Shown: positions 47,801-61,162, counted from the first letter of the whole stretch. The stretch is DNA of 63,237 nucleotides, filler included, from Octopus bimaculoides (GCF_001194135.2; 6 parts of 6 records of this genome joined end to end with filler, not necessarily neighbours in it); one strand, 5' to 3'. A program made the numbers and translations. Notes: generated from the letters alone by a model not told the origin.

Positions 47801-47900
47801 TTGTGTGTGTTTGTGTGTGTCTATGTCTGTGTTTGTCTCCACCATCGTTTGACAACTGGCGTTGGTGTGTTTACGTCCCCGGAACTCAGAAGTTTGACAA
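47566..47900 (+). mobile_element. SINE family B with internal (TATG)n(TG)n
   Basis: CAACCACATGGTTCCGG..GGCCGACCAAAGCCTTGTGAGTGGATTTGGTAGACGG. Confidence 0.85.
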
Positions 47901-48114
47901 AATAGACTTACTGTCTCTCACTCTCNNNNNNNNNNNNNNNNNNNNNNNNNNNNNNNNNNNNNNNNNNNNNNNNNNNNNNNNNNNNNNNNNNNNNNNNNNN
48001 NNNNNNNNNNNNNNNNNNNNNNNNNNNNNNNNNNNNNNNNNNNNNNNNNNNNNNNNNNNNNNNNNNNNNNNNNNNNNNNNNNNNNNNNNNNNNNNNNNNN
48101 NNNNNNNNNNNNNN

Positions 48115-48177
<63 letters not shown>

Positions 48178-48509
48178 TTACCAATTTCATACCTTTAAAA
48201 GATGATTTGTATGAGAAGCTCTGTGTGGTATGTATTAACTAGAGAGAGTAGAATAGGTGGTGATACAGAATGACTTTATAGCATTTCAGTTTCATATATT
48301 TAGATATACATGAGTAATAGACTTAATCCAGTTTAATACCACTAGCTGTGTTTAGCGGTTTCTATTCTGCTGCATATATTCGGTTTAAAGATAGTCTCCC
48401 GTTTAAAGATAACTTTTTCTTCACCAGTCTCGGAGTTTCTGAAAAATTATCATAAAGCGCCTTGGGCGATACCCTTCTCTCTCTGACTAAACAGTGAAAA
48501 ACTTATACA

Positions 48510-48670
48510 TAGGTGCAGGCGTGGCTATGTGATGAGAAGTTTGTTTCCCTACTACATTGTTCCGGGTTCAGTCGCACTGCGTAGCATCTTGGTCAAGTGT
48601 GGTCTACTATGGCTGCGGTTCAACCAAAGCCTTCTAAGTGGAAGACGGTAATTGAAAAGAAGCCCGTTGT
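48510..48670 (+). mobile_element. SINE family B 5' part
   Basis: GGTGCAGGCGTGGCTATGTG..CCGGGTTCAGTCGCACTGCG. Confidence 0.75.
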
Positions 48671-48671
48671 A

Positions 48672-48702
<31 letters not shown>

Positions 48703-48713
48703 TTATCTGTCTG

Positions 48714-48760
<47 letters not shown>

Positions 48761-48860
48761 NNNNNNNNNNNNNNNNNNNNNNNNNNNNNNNNNNNNNNNN
48801 NNNNTTAATTAATTAANNNNNNNNNNNNNNNNNNNNNNNNNNNNNNNNNNNNNNNNNNNN
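48761..48860. other. artificial scaffold linker
   Basis: 44N-TTAATTAATTAA-44N. Confidence 0.97.
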
Positions 48861-48987
48861 CAGGCCTCATTCAATGGGATTTCAACATGAACAGAGTATT
48901 TTTGCATGTATCTGAGTGTATATGTATTTGAAGTTAGTGTATGTGCAGAGTTTTATCTTTTGTTTTATGCATGTATTCTCGTGCATA

Positions 48988-50264
48988 TACGGACTGGGTG
49001 GTGTTCATTAAATATTTCTTCTGACCCACTTCCCAAGAACTGGAATAAACGAGACTTGGCATAATTATCAGTCCTTCTCTACGTAGCCACCACCAATGGT
49101 AATACTTCTCCCATCGCTTTATGCAACTGTGAAGACCTCGTCTGTAGAAGTCGGTAGGTTTTGTCTGGAGCCAAGACTTTACCTCGGAAATAAGTTCATC
49201 ATCATTCGAAAAGTACTTCCCCTTCAAAAAAGACTTCATGATCGGAAAGAGGTGGAGGTCAGGTGGTACGAGATTGGGAAAGTAAGGGAGTTGAGCAAGG
49301 AGCCGCAGGAGTGTGCTTTCATCTGGGAAACATGTGCATTGTGAACTGGGGCGTTCTCTTGGAGGAGGCGGACTCCTTTGGTCAGTATGTCACCCTCTCT
49401 GCTTTGATGGCGTCCCGCGATCTCTGCAGCAGAGTAGCATGATATGCCCCGTTAATTGTGGTGCCTTTCAGGAAATCCATTATCACCACTCTGCGCTGAT
49501 CCCAAAAGATTGTGAGTTTCAATTTGTCTGCTGAGGGTTGGACACGAGCCTTCTCTGGAGTTGGTGAGTTATCATGATGCTTCCATTGCGGCGACTGCAC
49601 TTTAGTCTCAGGATCATAGCGATGGGCCCATGTTTCATCCTGTATGATAAGTGTGCCACAAAAGTCCTCCTCATTTTCTTGGCACATTACCAAAAGAGCC
49701 TGGGAGAAATTGACTAGATCCTGCTTCTGAAAAGATGTGAGCATCCGAGGAATCCATCGTACAGACAACTTCCGCATGTGCAAATGGTCGTGAATGATAT
49801 TTTCCACGGATCTTACACTTATCTTCACTTCTTGGGCTAGTTGCTGAATTGTTATGCGATGATCCCACAAAATGGCGATTTCCACTTTATGGATGGTGTC
49901 GTCATCAATGATGGAATGTGGTCGTCCAGGAATAGGAGCGGTTTTCACCGATGTCCGACCACATTTGAAGTAGCGATGCCGGCGCGTGACAAGACTACGT
50001 CAAATGATAGCGCATAAACTTATTCATAGACTTCTTTCATCTCATCGAAAATCTTTTTTGATGTACGACCTTTCATGTACAACCTTTCAACCTGATCACT
50101 GATCTGCATTCAACTGCCTCCATCATAACACCTTAGTCCACTTCAGCAGCCGTGAAAGACACAATATGACATGTAGAGACATGTATGATTATATCTGTAC
50201 ATGTTCGGTTTCCTGCAATTAGCGGAAGTGGGTCAGGGGAAATTTTTAATGAACGCCCCTCGTA
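48988..50264 (-). mobile_element. full-length decayed mariner (DD34D) transposon, about 1.28 kb
   Basis: TIR core GTTCATTAAA.ATTTC..CTGACCCACTTCC at both ends (28 of 31 matches), with TA at both termini. Transposase motifs GRP, WIPRMLT, QDETW.HRYDPE, LLQENAP.H and PPDLHLFP. Several frameshifts. Confidence 0.92.
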
Positions 50265-50915
50265 GTTGCATATCCCAAGACTGGTACAAAGGCAGTGCTC
50301 CTATAATTGCAGCTATGTATGTATGTATGTATGTATGTATGTATGTATATATATTCGTACCTACGAATGTATGTATGTATGTATAGATTATTATTATGCG
50401 TTTATGTGATACAGATGTGAAGATGAGCGATGTTGGTAGTAAAATTCCACAGGTGAGTCACTGGTTCATGTGCAACTGATGACGAATGTAGCATTACATG
50501 CTTCAGTAAACAGCTTTGGAAAGCGTCTATCTTGTCGACTAAGGTGGCACTAATGAACCTCTCTTCAAAGAGCTATTTCTTCTGCAATCTCATACTCGAA
50601 TTTAGAATGCAAGTTTAGCATTCTGTCTTGAGACACCCAGCCCTCAGCAGACGCAGACACGAATGTAACTGACCCATGTAAGGCAATGCGTTTCTTTTTT
50701 TTACTGTTATGGTAAAGTTACTGTGACTTCTTATAAATTGTGTTTTGTGCGCAATTTATAGTTCACTGTTGCTACGGTGACATGTCTCCTGTGTCGTAAG
50801 CTACTGCAGCCCCGTCAGCTGTGTACGTCTTTATATATACATATATATATGAGTACATACATGCGTATGCGTGAATATTAATTTGCATACATGCATACAC
50901 TCACACGGAAACACG

Positions 50916-50966
<51 letters not shown>

Positions 50967-51529
50967 NNNNNNNNNNTGTGTGTATGTGTGTATGTGTGTA
51001 TGTGTGTATGTATGTATGTATGTATGTACGTACGTATGTATGTATGTATATTTGTATGTATGTACCAAGAGAGCGAGAGGCGGAGGAAACCAAGAAATAA
51101 TGCACAAGAATTATATCTTTATGGTGAATACTGAAAACAAGACAATAAAATGGTACGAATTATGAAATCAATTGATCAAAAATACCACATGGAATGCATA
51201 TAAAACCATGAGAAAGATTACGAAATAATCCTTCTATGTACATAATCAGGCACATAAAAACATAAATCAAAACAATATTATATATAGAAATGTATCTCTA
51301 TATGTATCGTACAAACATTGTGCACATATATATAAATATATAAATATAGTACACATATAAATATCGTTCACGTATAAATGTCGCACACACACATATACAT
51401 ATATGTATATATATATGTATGTATGTATGTATGTATATTTCAGATAAAGCAGAATCAAAAAATACAGATAAATATATGTACATATATACATACACACACA
51501 GACAAACACACACACACACTGATAAATAA

Positions 51530-51567
<38 letters not shown>

Positions 51568-52452
51568 NNNNNNNNNNNNNNNNNNNNNNNNNNNNNNNNN
51601 NNNNNNNNNNNNNNNNNNNNNNNNNNNNNNNNNNNNNNNNNNNNNNNNNNNNNNNNNNNNNNNNNNNNNNNNNNNNNNNNNNNNNNNNNNNNNNNNNNNN
51701 NNNNNNNNNNNNNNNNNNNNNNNNNNNNNNNNNNNNNNNNNNNNNNNNNNNNNNNNNNNNNNNNNNNNNNNNNNNNNNNNNNNNNNNNNNNNNNNNNNNN
51801 NNNNNNNNNNNNNNNNNNNNNNNNNNNNNNNNNNNNNNNNNNNNNNNNNNNNNNNNNNNNNNNNNNNNNNNNNNNNNNNNNNNNNNNNNNNNNNNNNNNN
51901 NNNNNNNNNNNNNNNNNNNNNNNNNNNNNNNNNNNNNNNNNNNNNNNNNNNNNNNNNNNNNNNNNNNNNNNNNNNNNNNNNNNNNNNNNNNNNNNNNNNN
52001 NNNNNNNNNNNNNNNNNNNNNNNNNNNNNNNNNNNNNNNNNNNNNNNNNNNNNNNNNNNNNNNNNNNNNNNNNNNNNNNNNNNNNNNNNNNNNNNNNNNN
52101 NNNNNNNNNNNNNNNNNNNNNNNNNNNNNNNNNNNNNNNNNNNNNNNNNNNNNNNNNNNNNNNNNNNNNNNNNNNNNNNNNNNNNNNNNNNNNNNNNNNN
52201 NNNNNNNNNNNNNNNNNNNNNNNNNNNNNNNNNNNNNNNNNNNNNNNNNNNNNNNNNNNNNNNNNNNNNNNNNNNNNNNNNNNNNNNNNNNNNNNNNNNN
52301 NNNNNNNNNNNNNNNNNNNNNNNNNNNNNNNNNNNNNNNNNNNNNNNNNNNNNNNNNNNNNNNNNNNNNNNNNNNNNNNNNNNNNNNNNNNNNNNNNNNN
52401 NNNNNNNNNNNNNNNNNNNNNNNNNNNNNNNNNNNNNNNNNNNNNNNNNNNN

Positions 52453-52492
<40 letters not shown>

Positions 52493-53038
52493 GTGTGTGT
52501 GTGTGTTTGTGTGTATACCTATATATATGCATTCATCCATTCATTTATATGTTTGCAGACAAAACAGTAGTCCCACTATTGATTCGTACGTACGTACATA
52601 CACACACATACACACACATATATATATACATTCATATATTCATTTATACGTGTGTGTGTATATATATATAAGCGTATTTAAAGGCATTTATACTTACATA
52701 CATTATATACACACATGCATTACATGCATACATACATTATATGCATACATGCGCGCACGCATGCATGCATGTATGCACACATACATAAATACATACATAC
52801 ATACATGCATGCAATCATTAAAGGAAATAAATCAAATCTATGAAACCAAACCTAAACGCGAAAATACATATGTAACCATGATATCTTTGATATAATAATA
52901 TTTTGTTTTTGTGTCATATTAGTTATGTATTATAAAGATTTTATCATGTACGAGTACATACGGCAATCTTTTACGAGTACGTAATTATATATATATATGT
53001 AGATATTAATATATGTGTGTATGTGTGTGCGTGCGTGC

Positions 53039-53136
<98 letters not shown>

Positions 53137-53140
53137 ACAA

Positions 53141-53362
53141 GATTTTGATTAGATAGTTTCGAAATCGAAGTCATCAAGAGAGGTTTTATTCTCTGCAAAT
53201 GTCCCTGAGAGATATGTAAAAATTGCTGTCGCTCCTGATTATATGGCGATCAACTGATGTGAAATAATTTCTCTAATTCAGCTGACGCGAAATATCTTTC
53301 CTATTTGCTAAACGGCACGCCAAACAATGAGAGATAACTCTTCAACTAAAGTTATGCTAGCG
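53141..53362 (+). repeat. local duplication, copy 1 (about 222 bp)
   Basis: Aligns end to end with 54372-54594, with few differences. Confidence 0.9.
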
Positions 53363-53768
53363 ATTCATCACATCTAGGTGAACTTAGGCAATATGGTTGG
53401 TTTGTCGGTCGGGCGATCGGTCGGTTGGCTGGTCCGTCCGTCGGTTGGTCGGTTGGTCGGTTGGGTGATATGGAACGGCAGAGTAATAGAGAATTTATCT
53501 TGTAGTCTGTAATGACTAAGGTTTACGTTTTGAGTTCAAATCTTACCTTTAATGAGCAAACTAAAATGGTTGTGATGTAAAGACGATCGTTTTTTCTTTT
53601 CTTTTTTTAATTACGTGGTTCCGGGTTCCATTCCACAACGCGGTAATTTGGCCTTTTATCGTTTCATCATAACATCAGATGGACAAAACTATATAACGAA
53701 CGGCTAATTGCAAAAACAATGACATGTATGTATATATATGTGTGTGTTTGTGTGTGGGGGGGTGCTTT

Positions 53769-53802
<34 letters not shown>

Positions 53803-53826
53803 ACTCTCTATTTTTCTCTATCTCTA

Positions 53827-53903
<77 letters not shown>

Positions 53904-54371
53904 GCTATATTCATATATGACTATCTCATCTGCAAGCACTTTGCTTTGAAAAGAATTTCATTCTGAGTGGACATGTTTAGAAAAACCAAGTGTACTACCA
54001 CTGACCACTCTCACGTATCACAAAAACCAAGCTACACAATTTTATCATATTAGAGGAAGTTGCAAATTACACTTTCTCCAGCTTAACGAGGAATTGGCCA
54101 AACTCAATGTGAGATTTAATGAAGAGAGGAGTCAATGGGAAAAGTAGATCATCCAGTATTGAGTGCACAATATCCCTTACACTTCGAACTACTCCTTATG
54201 GAACCAAAAGAGGATGACGAAATATTGTAAGTGAAAATGTGTGTTATTCCATCAGATTGATTGTAGCTTTCTTTCCGTTGTTTTTTGTTTTGTTTTTTTT
54301 TTGTTTTGTTTTTTTTTTGTTTCGTTTTTTTTTGGTGGCAGACTTAATATGCTTTTCTGTATAACACCGCC

Positions 54372-54594
54372 AGATTTGATTAGATAGTTTCGAAATCGAA
54401 GTCATCAAGAGAGGTTTTATTCGCTGCAAATGTCCCTAAGAGATATGTAAAAATTGCTGTCGCTCCTGATTCTCCAGCGATCAACTGATGTGAAATAATT
54501 TCTCTTAATTCAGCTGACGTGAAATATCTTTCCTATTTTCTAAACGGCACGCCAAACAATGAGCCAAAACACTTCAACTAAAGTTATGCTAGCG
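54372..54594 (+). repeat. local duplication, copy 2
   Basis: Same orientation, about 1.23 kb downstream of copy 1. Confidence 0.9.
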
Positions 54595-55937
54595 TGCTTT
54601 GCGTGCTTTTAGTAAAGTCATCTTTGTCACAAGTATTCTGATCTCCTCCCCATTAATCTTGAATGCCTTGCGAGTATCATGAGAACTGGTCTATCTACCC
54701 GGATTAAAAAATTGTGGAATAAAACGTCTTGTCCAAAAGGGAATAATAATTCCTGGCAGCCATGTGATGATAGTCCAGCTCCTTATTTTACTCGGTCTTG
54801 GAATGTGAACGTACATCTACGTATGTATATCTGTATATGTGTATGTATGTTAAATTCAACAATTTATATAGAATATCCTGCCACTTTCATTATCATAATT
54901 CAATGAATGGCTAAGACTTGAATGTTCATCGTCGTAATTGACGGAGACGCCGTCACATTTATATTATATTAATAATGTTTCTTACTTCAAGATTTAGAAC
55001 TGATAAAAACTGTGTCCTGTAAATTTTTTTCTTTGATAAATTATCTGGTTTTTAGTGTTCTTATTGTTTGTTTTGGGAGTTGTTATTGGTGTCGTTCATC
55101 TCCAGGTCTGCCTTTGGTCGTAAAGACTTTTGAACAAAATCGCTACAACCGTCTGTTTATCTAGGACTATACTACGTGCATCATACAGCTGTGTGTGTGT
55201 GTGTGTGTGCGTGTGTGTGTGTGTGTGTGTGGAAAGATTAGATGGTAGAAATTCGAAAGAGATTTGACCGCTAGTTCTACCAGATCAAGCAAGCAGACAG
55301 AGTCAAAATACAGCCACTTTTTTTTTTGCGATCATGTCAGAAGAGGAAGAGCAGCAACCCATGACGTTTTCCAGGGATCCCCCAGGGTAGTGGAAGAAAT
55401 GGAGGAGGGCATCCTTAGAATGGAAACCTGGACCCGAATGCTTGCCAGTATCGACTCCGCTAGAAGAAACCAAGGCTCACGTTGCGACGTTAAGAAATGC
55501 CACATATTGAGTCTGCCATCAAAAACAGAAAAGGTCTCCCACAAAGCTTCCGCACAGTTTCCATTTGCCAAAGTTTACTTAGAAACTGAGCCCTTGGTAA
55601 AAAGAAAAAAAAAGAACAGCTATCGAAATTACCCCGGACGTAAATCAAACCCGAAGTTTCATAGATGCAAAGCGAACTTCTTAGTCGTTCAGCCATACTT
55701 GCCACTTTACAATTCCTTTATCCTCATTTCTTATACTGAAGTGTTATATGTGAAATGAACTAACCACACAACTTAACTAAATTTCCGTATTTTCTCTTTT
55801 TACCCACTTTTTTCTTGATAATACATTTTAGCTACATGTTATTATATATCGCTTCTCTTGAGAATTATGTTATGAAAAATTATAATACAAATGCGTACAG
55901 GAGCATATTATATATATATATATTATGTATGCGTTTG

Positions 55938-55974
<37 letters not shown>

Positions 55975-56074
55975 NNNNNNNNNNNNNNNNNNNNNNNNNN
56001 NNNNNNNNNNNNNNNNNNTTAATTAATTAANNNNNNNNNNNNNNNNNNNNNNNNNNNNNNNNNNNNNNNNNNNN
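55975..56074. other. artificial scaffold linker
   Basis: 44N-TTAATTAATTAA-44N. Confidence 0.97.
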
Positions 56075-56854
56075 AACGCTATAGCAGAAGGCACTTCCTC
56101 AGCCTGCCACGCAATAGGGATGAACCCTGAACCATATGATTAGGAAGTAAGCTTCTTACCACACAACCACGCCGTATCAGGAGAAAAGGGAGAAAAAAGA
56201 CTGGTGGGGAGAGAGAAGAGTAAAGAGAAAAAGCAGAAGAATACGAACACAAATAAAATTGGAAAGAAAGAGCGGGTAGAGAAAGATATTACACATACAT
56301 ACAAACATATCTAGATGCTCGCGTACACATTGAGGAAGAGAGAGAGGGGGGGGGGGNNNNNNNNNNNNNNNNNNNNNNNNNNNNNNNNNNNNNNNNNNNN
56401 NNNNNNNNNNNNNNNNNNNNNNNNNNNNNNNNNNNNNNNNNNNNNNNNNNNNNNNNNNNNNNNNNNNNNNNNNNNNNNNNNNNNNNNNNNNNNNNNNNNN
56501 NNNNNNNNNNNNNNNNNNNNNNNNNNNNNNNNNNNNNNNNNNNNNNNNNNNNNNNNNNNNNNNNNNNNNNNNNNNNNNNNNNNNNNNNNNNNNNNNNNNN
56601 NNNNNNNNNNNNNNNNNNNNNNNNNNNNNNNNNNNNNNNNNNNNNNNNNNNNNNNNNNNNNNNNNNNNNNNNNNNNNNNNNNNNNNNNNNNNNNNNNNNN
56701 NNNNNNNNNNNNNNNNNNNNNNNNNNNNNNNNNNNNNNNNNNNNNNNNNNNNNNNNNNNNNNNNNNNNNNNNNNNNNNNNNNNNNNNNNNNNNNNNNNNN
56801 NNNNNNNNNNNNNNNNNNNNNNNNNNNNNNNNNNNNNNNNNNNNNNNNNNNNNN

Positions 56855-56884
<30 letters not shown>

Positions 56885-56888
<4 letters not shown>

Positions 56889-57016
56889 GACGGTCTTCTT
56901 TCAGTTTCTGTCTACCGAATCCACTCACAAGGCTTTGTTCGGCCCGAGGCTATAGTAGAAGACACTTACACGTGCCCCAGGTGCCTGCCACGGAGTGGGA
57001 CTGAACCCGGAACCAT
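56885..57016 (-). mobile_element. SINE family B 5' part
   Basis: TTCTTTCAGTTTC.GTCTACC.AATCCACTCACAAGGCTTTG..GTGGGACTGAACCCGGAACC. Confidence 0.85.
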
Positions 57017-57527
57017 ATTGATCAGTTTAGTACAATATGGTGAATAATAGTATTTATATAAGCTTTAATAAGATTTTGTTCTGTAATTTTAATTTTAACC
57101 AGGTACAAATAAAGAAACGCATGCTCTAAAATATATATTAATAAACATTCATTATGATATTATGAAGAAATTTTCGGACACTAAAAATGATAAACAAAAT
57201 ATGGAAGGTGATAACAGAAATTTGTCATCGAATATGAATCGGGGTTTGTTAAATGTGTAACTGACTAGAAAGTAAGAATTTTTCAATAAAAATTTCCCCA
57301 CAATTGGCACATAATAAAATGAACGAATAATTGTAACAAATGTCAATAAAAGTGTTGCAAAAAGAAATAACTGTTATATACTGAACATAAATATATCTTT
57401 TGACGTCCAAGTGGATGTATGGAAAGAAAAAAATGTCTAACAATAGAGCTGTGCATCTGCCGAAGGCAAAAGAAGATAACTGAAAGAAGTCATGGGGAAT
57501 AATATATTTTGTTTTACCTATTTTAAC

Positions 57528-57930
57528 TTTTTACTTGTTTCAGTCTTTGGACAGCGACCAAGCTAGGGCACCGCTTTAAAGTGTTCAGTCAAACAAATCA
57601 ACCCTAGTATTTATTTTTAAGTCCGGTGCATGGTCTGTTTGTCTCTTGCCGAACAAGTAAGCTACAGGGACATAGAAAAGAAAAGAAAACAAAAAACAAC
57701 ACCGGTTGTAAAGTGGTGGTGTGGATGTCAAACACAAGTACAGAAATATTTACATTTACGATGGACTTTCACACAGTTTCCGTTCATCAAACCGGCTAAT
57801 GCTCAAAAGGCATTGGTCGGTCCGTGGCTATAATAAAAAAAAAAACACTTGCCAAAGGTGTGGTGCAGTGAGATTGAACACAAACTACAAGATTGCAGAG
57901 CGTGCTTCTTAACCACACAAAGAAGCCTGT
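57528..57930 (-). mobile_element. old SINE family B, near full length
   Basis: TTACTTGTTTCAGTC tail through GCTTCTTAACCACACA head. Confidence 0.75.
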
Positions 57931-58116
57931 GCCTTTGTTTTACGACCGGGTTATGAATATTCTAGACTTGAATTAAAACACATGAGGTGGTATACACTGT
58001 TACCTCAAAGCAGAGCCCTTGTGCGTGCGCTCACATATTTTTCCTAATCATAAACAATTAGGAAAGGCAAAACTTCCGCACACAAGATTATCAAGGTAGA
58101 ATAGGATGCTTTAATT

Positions 58117-58405
58117 CACTTGTTCCCAAACTGGACGGTATTGCACCCTTGGGGGCTGTCGAAAGATACAGGGGTTGTTAGAGAAAAGTAGAGCGATAGT
58201 GGGGTGGCCAAAAGGTGGGTGATGGATGTAAAAAAGACCCAAATTAATGAGTTAATTCGGGTAAGTTTTATTTGTGAAGTGCAGTTGTCTTTGAACTTGA
58301 TGCATCAAGTGGTCTATGTTTGTGGTGGAGAGTGGAGGTGGGGGCACTAGGAATGTGACCCGGATGCCAAGGGGTCGGCAGCCTGAATACGGTTGGGAAC
58401 CACTG
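58117..58405. mobile_element. hAT (Charlie-type) MITE
   Basis: Ends CACTTGTTCCCAAAC / GGTTGGGAACCACTG. Flanks ctttaatt/atttaaat. Confidence 0.6.
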
Positions 58406-58554
58406 ATTTAAATGAGGTAATTTGAGTGATGATCACTCATTCAGGAACACATTTTGCAAGGAAAGACGAAATTAGCAAGCAATGCAGATAGTGCAACCAA
58501 AGACAATAATAGAACAACGCTTCACCATTCTTGACGATTCTTTCATTTTTTTAA

Positions 58555-59020
58555 TTCTTTTACTTGCTTCAGTCATTTGATCGCGGCCATGCTGGAGCGC
58601 TGCCTTTTAGTCGAAGAAATCGACCCCAAGACTTAGTCTTTGTAAGCCTGGTACTTATGCTGTCGGTCTCTCTTGCCGTACCGCTAGATTGCGGGGATAT
58701 AAACACACTAACATCTGTTGTCAAACGATGGTGATAGGGGGAGACAAACACAGACACACACACACACACACACACACACGACGGGCTTCTTTCGCTCCCC
58801 CTCTCTTTCCCCACTCTCTCTCACTGTAATATAATTTTTTATTCTTTCACTTGTTTCAGTCATTTTGACTGCAGCCATGCTTGAGCACCGCCTTAAAATG
58901 TCTTAGTTGACGCTCCGCAGAATCGATTATTGTAAGCCTAGTAATTTTTCTATCGTTCTATTTTGCCGAACTGCTAGTACCGGTTGTTAAGCGATAGTGA
59001 CGGGGGACAAAGATATACAC
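58555..59020 (-). mobile_element. two SINE family B 3' halves
   Basis: TTCAGTCATTT.A..GC.GCCATGCT.GAGC.C.GCCTT at about 58568 and 58855. Confidence 0.85.
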
Positions 59021-59061
59021 AGACACACACGTGCGCGCGCGCGGACAACTAATTATAAATA

Positions 59062-60008
59062 TATATGAACTGTCGTCTAACATAGGCAAGAATGAAAATA
59101 ACACTGATATCTCATTTCAACAGATATATTTACCAAAATTACATTAAAATATCTGGAAATACTAAACAGTAAATTTATTCAATAAAATCGCCATTCGCTT
59201 CAACCACGGTCTCCAGACGACTTCGGAATCTACTGCAACTGTTCTGGACGGTTTCCTTGTTTAAGTTAGTGAATGCTGCCATAATCCTTGTCTTCAGTTT
59301 GTCTTTGGTGTTACAAGGAATTTTGTTGTTCTCTCGCACAAACGCAACCCCTACACAATAATCAAAGGGGTTGCATTCTAGGTAGTCAGGTGGCCAGATG
59401 TTAGAGGTGATATGTTCGCAGAAATTGTCTGACAACCATGACTGGGTTCTCCTGCTTGTGTGGCATGGTGCAGAGTTCTGTTGTCAGACATAAGGTCTTC
59501 CAACAGCCACTTTCTTGACACAGGGCAGCACTACCTCCTCTAGGTACTTGATATCGGCCTCTGTGTTGAATTTGAGGCCGTGTGCGAAGATGAATGGAGG
59601 CATAACCTCGCCATCATTAGTGATCGCTCCAAACACCATGATGTTGACTGGATGGTACATGTCCTCAAATTGCACTGTCGTCAGATTGACAATCAAACGC
59701 TCTGGAATGTTCCTATTGGCAAGCATTACAGCATGTCGTTTCCAAATTTCCCGAGATTGCACTGTCCTCAGACTGACAACCAAATGCTCCGAAACGTTTC
59801 TATTGGAGATTACAGCGGGAATGGCAAACAGGACAGCATGTCATTTCCAAATTTCTGGCAGAGTGAATTACGTCATGGTGCTACTTTTCTCACAGATGGT
59901 GCCCAACTGATACTAGCATACTGTGTAGTCGACAAAATCAAAAACAAACAATGCACATGCACGAAATAAAAAATAAGAAAATGACGACAATTTACTCATC
60001 GCACTCTA
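59062..60008 (-). mobile_element. internally deleted Tc1/mariner DD37D (maT) element
   Basis: IMVFGAITNDGEVMPP..RPYV*QQNSAPCH..WPPDYLECNPFDY with exactly 37 residues between the D2 position (now N) and D3. C-terminus SRFRSRLETVVEANGDFIE*. TIR remnant AA(T/C)TGTCGTC at both ends. Confidence 0.88.
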
Positions 60009-60099
60009 TATATATATACATATACGTATACATCCATACATACATACATATACATACATACATATACATACATACATATACATACATACATATACAGCA

Positions 60100-60373
60100 A
60101 ACATGCCAATAGAATTCCTAGAGACAGGAAAATCCTTATGAGACACAGAACAAAGGTCTCAAACCAGTTAAATAGAGAACTGGAGGATAGGAAAAGGGCT
60201 AAATTAAAACTAACACTATTAGAAATAGAAAACAAAATTAAACTCTCCCATGAAAAGGAGAGAGCAGAGAAGGAGAAGAGAGCAGTAGAAAGCATAAAAA
60301 CAAACCCCAAGGCTTTCCATAGATTTGCAAAGGAGACTGCTACGGTACAGTATAAGATAGGACCCCTATTCCT
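60100..60373 (+). pseudogene. CR1/L2-like LINE ORF2 fragment (EN-RT linker)
   Basis: Open frame ending KRAVESIKTNPKAFHRFAKE...KIGPL, matching the IK.NPK.F..Y.K...IGPL motif. Cut off by the linker. Confidence 0.7.
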
Positions 60374-60473
60374 NNNNNNNNNNNNNNNNNNNNNNNNNNN
60401 NNNNNNNNNNNNNNNNNTTAATTAATTAANNNNNNNNNNNNNNNNNNNNNNNNNNNNNNNNNNNNNNNNNNNN
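60374..60473. other. artificial scaffold linker
   Basis: 44N-TTAATTAATTAA-44N. Confidence 0.97.
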
Positions 60474-60526
60474 TATGATAAAATAAATATATACAAATAA
60501 TAATAATAATAATGATGATGATGATG

Positions 60527-60600
<74 letters not shown>

Positions 60601-60601
<1 letters not shown>

Positions 60602-61155
60602 GCCCGGATTCAGTGCCAGACAGTGGCTCTCATGGCTTCTGATCTTGATTGATTGGAAGTGTTATCATGTACATTGTTTTGTCTCGGTATAAAAGATGGG
60701 CTACAGCAAATATTCTGCTCAATACCACTGATTTGCTTGTCAATTGTTTGACCTTAACCAGTTGGGCATGTCCCTTGGTGGCTGACGATATGTGCATCTC
60801 TGATCATGAGCAGAAGTAGTTGGGGAGCATCATAGCCATGTGTTGAGAGGAATTCATTGGGGTTTGAATAATTCACCTTTGGAAACATGGCTGCTTTGCT
60901 CAGCATCTTTAAACAAACATTATTCAGGGACCTTTTGAGTGGGATGGACTACTTGACCTGAAGAGAATTCTAACTGGGCCCCACCTGCAAGGTCATGCGC
61001 TGTTTATCTTGATATGAGATCACCATGTCGCGCACATACGGTTGTGATGCATGTGCCTGGTGTACCCTTATCAGACGGGTAGTCATGATGGGTATATTGG
61101 GCTTCGTATATTTTACCCCAGTGTCACTTTGATGGCATGCACTGCTCTCTCTCTC
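60601..61155 (+). mobile_element. 5'-truncated retroelement 3' end inserted in (TAA)n
   Basis: Long (AAT)n on both sides. Shares its 3' terminus GCATGCACTGCTCTCTC with 45379-45707. Confidence 0.82.
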
Positions 61156-61162
61156 AATAATA

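Noticed and set aside
50476-50512. CTGATGA followed by an ATGTA/TACAT stem
   Set aside because: No GAAA box or UH site after the stem.
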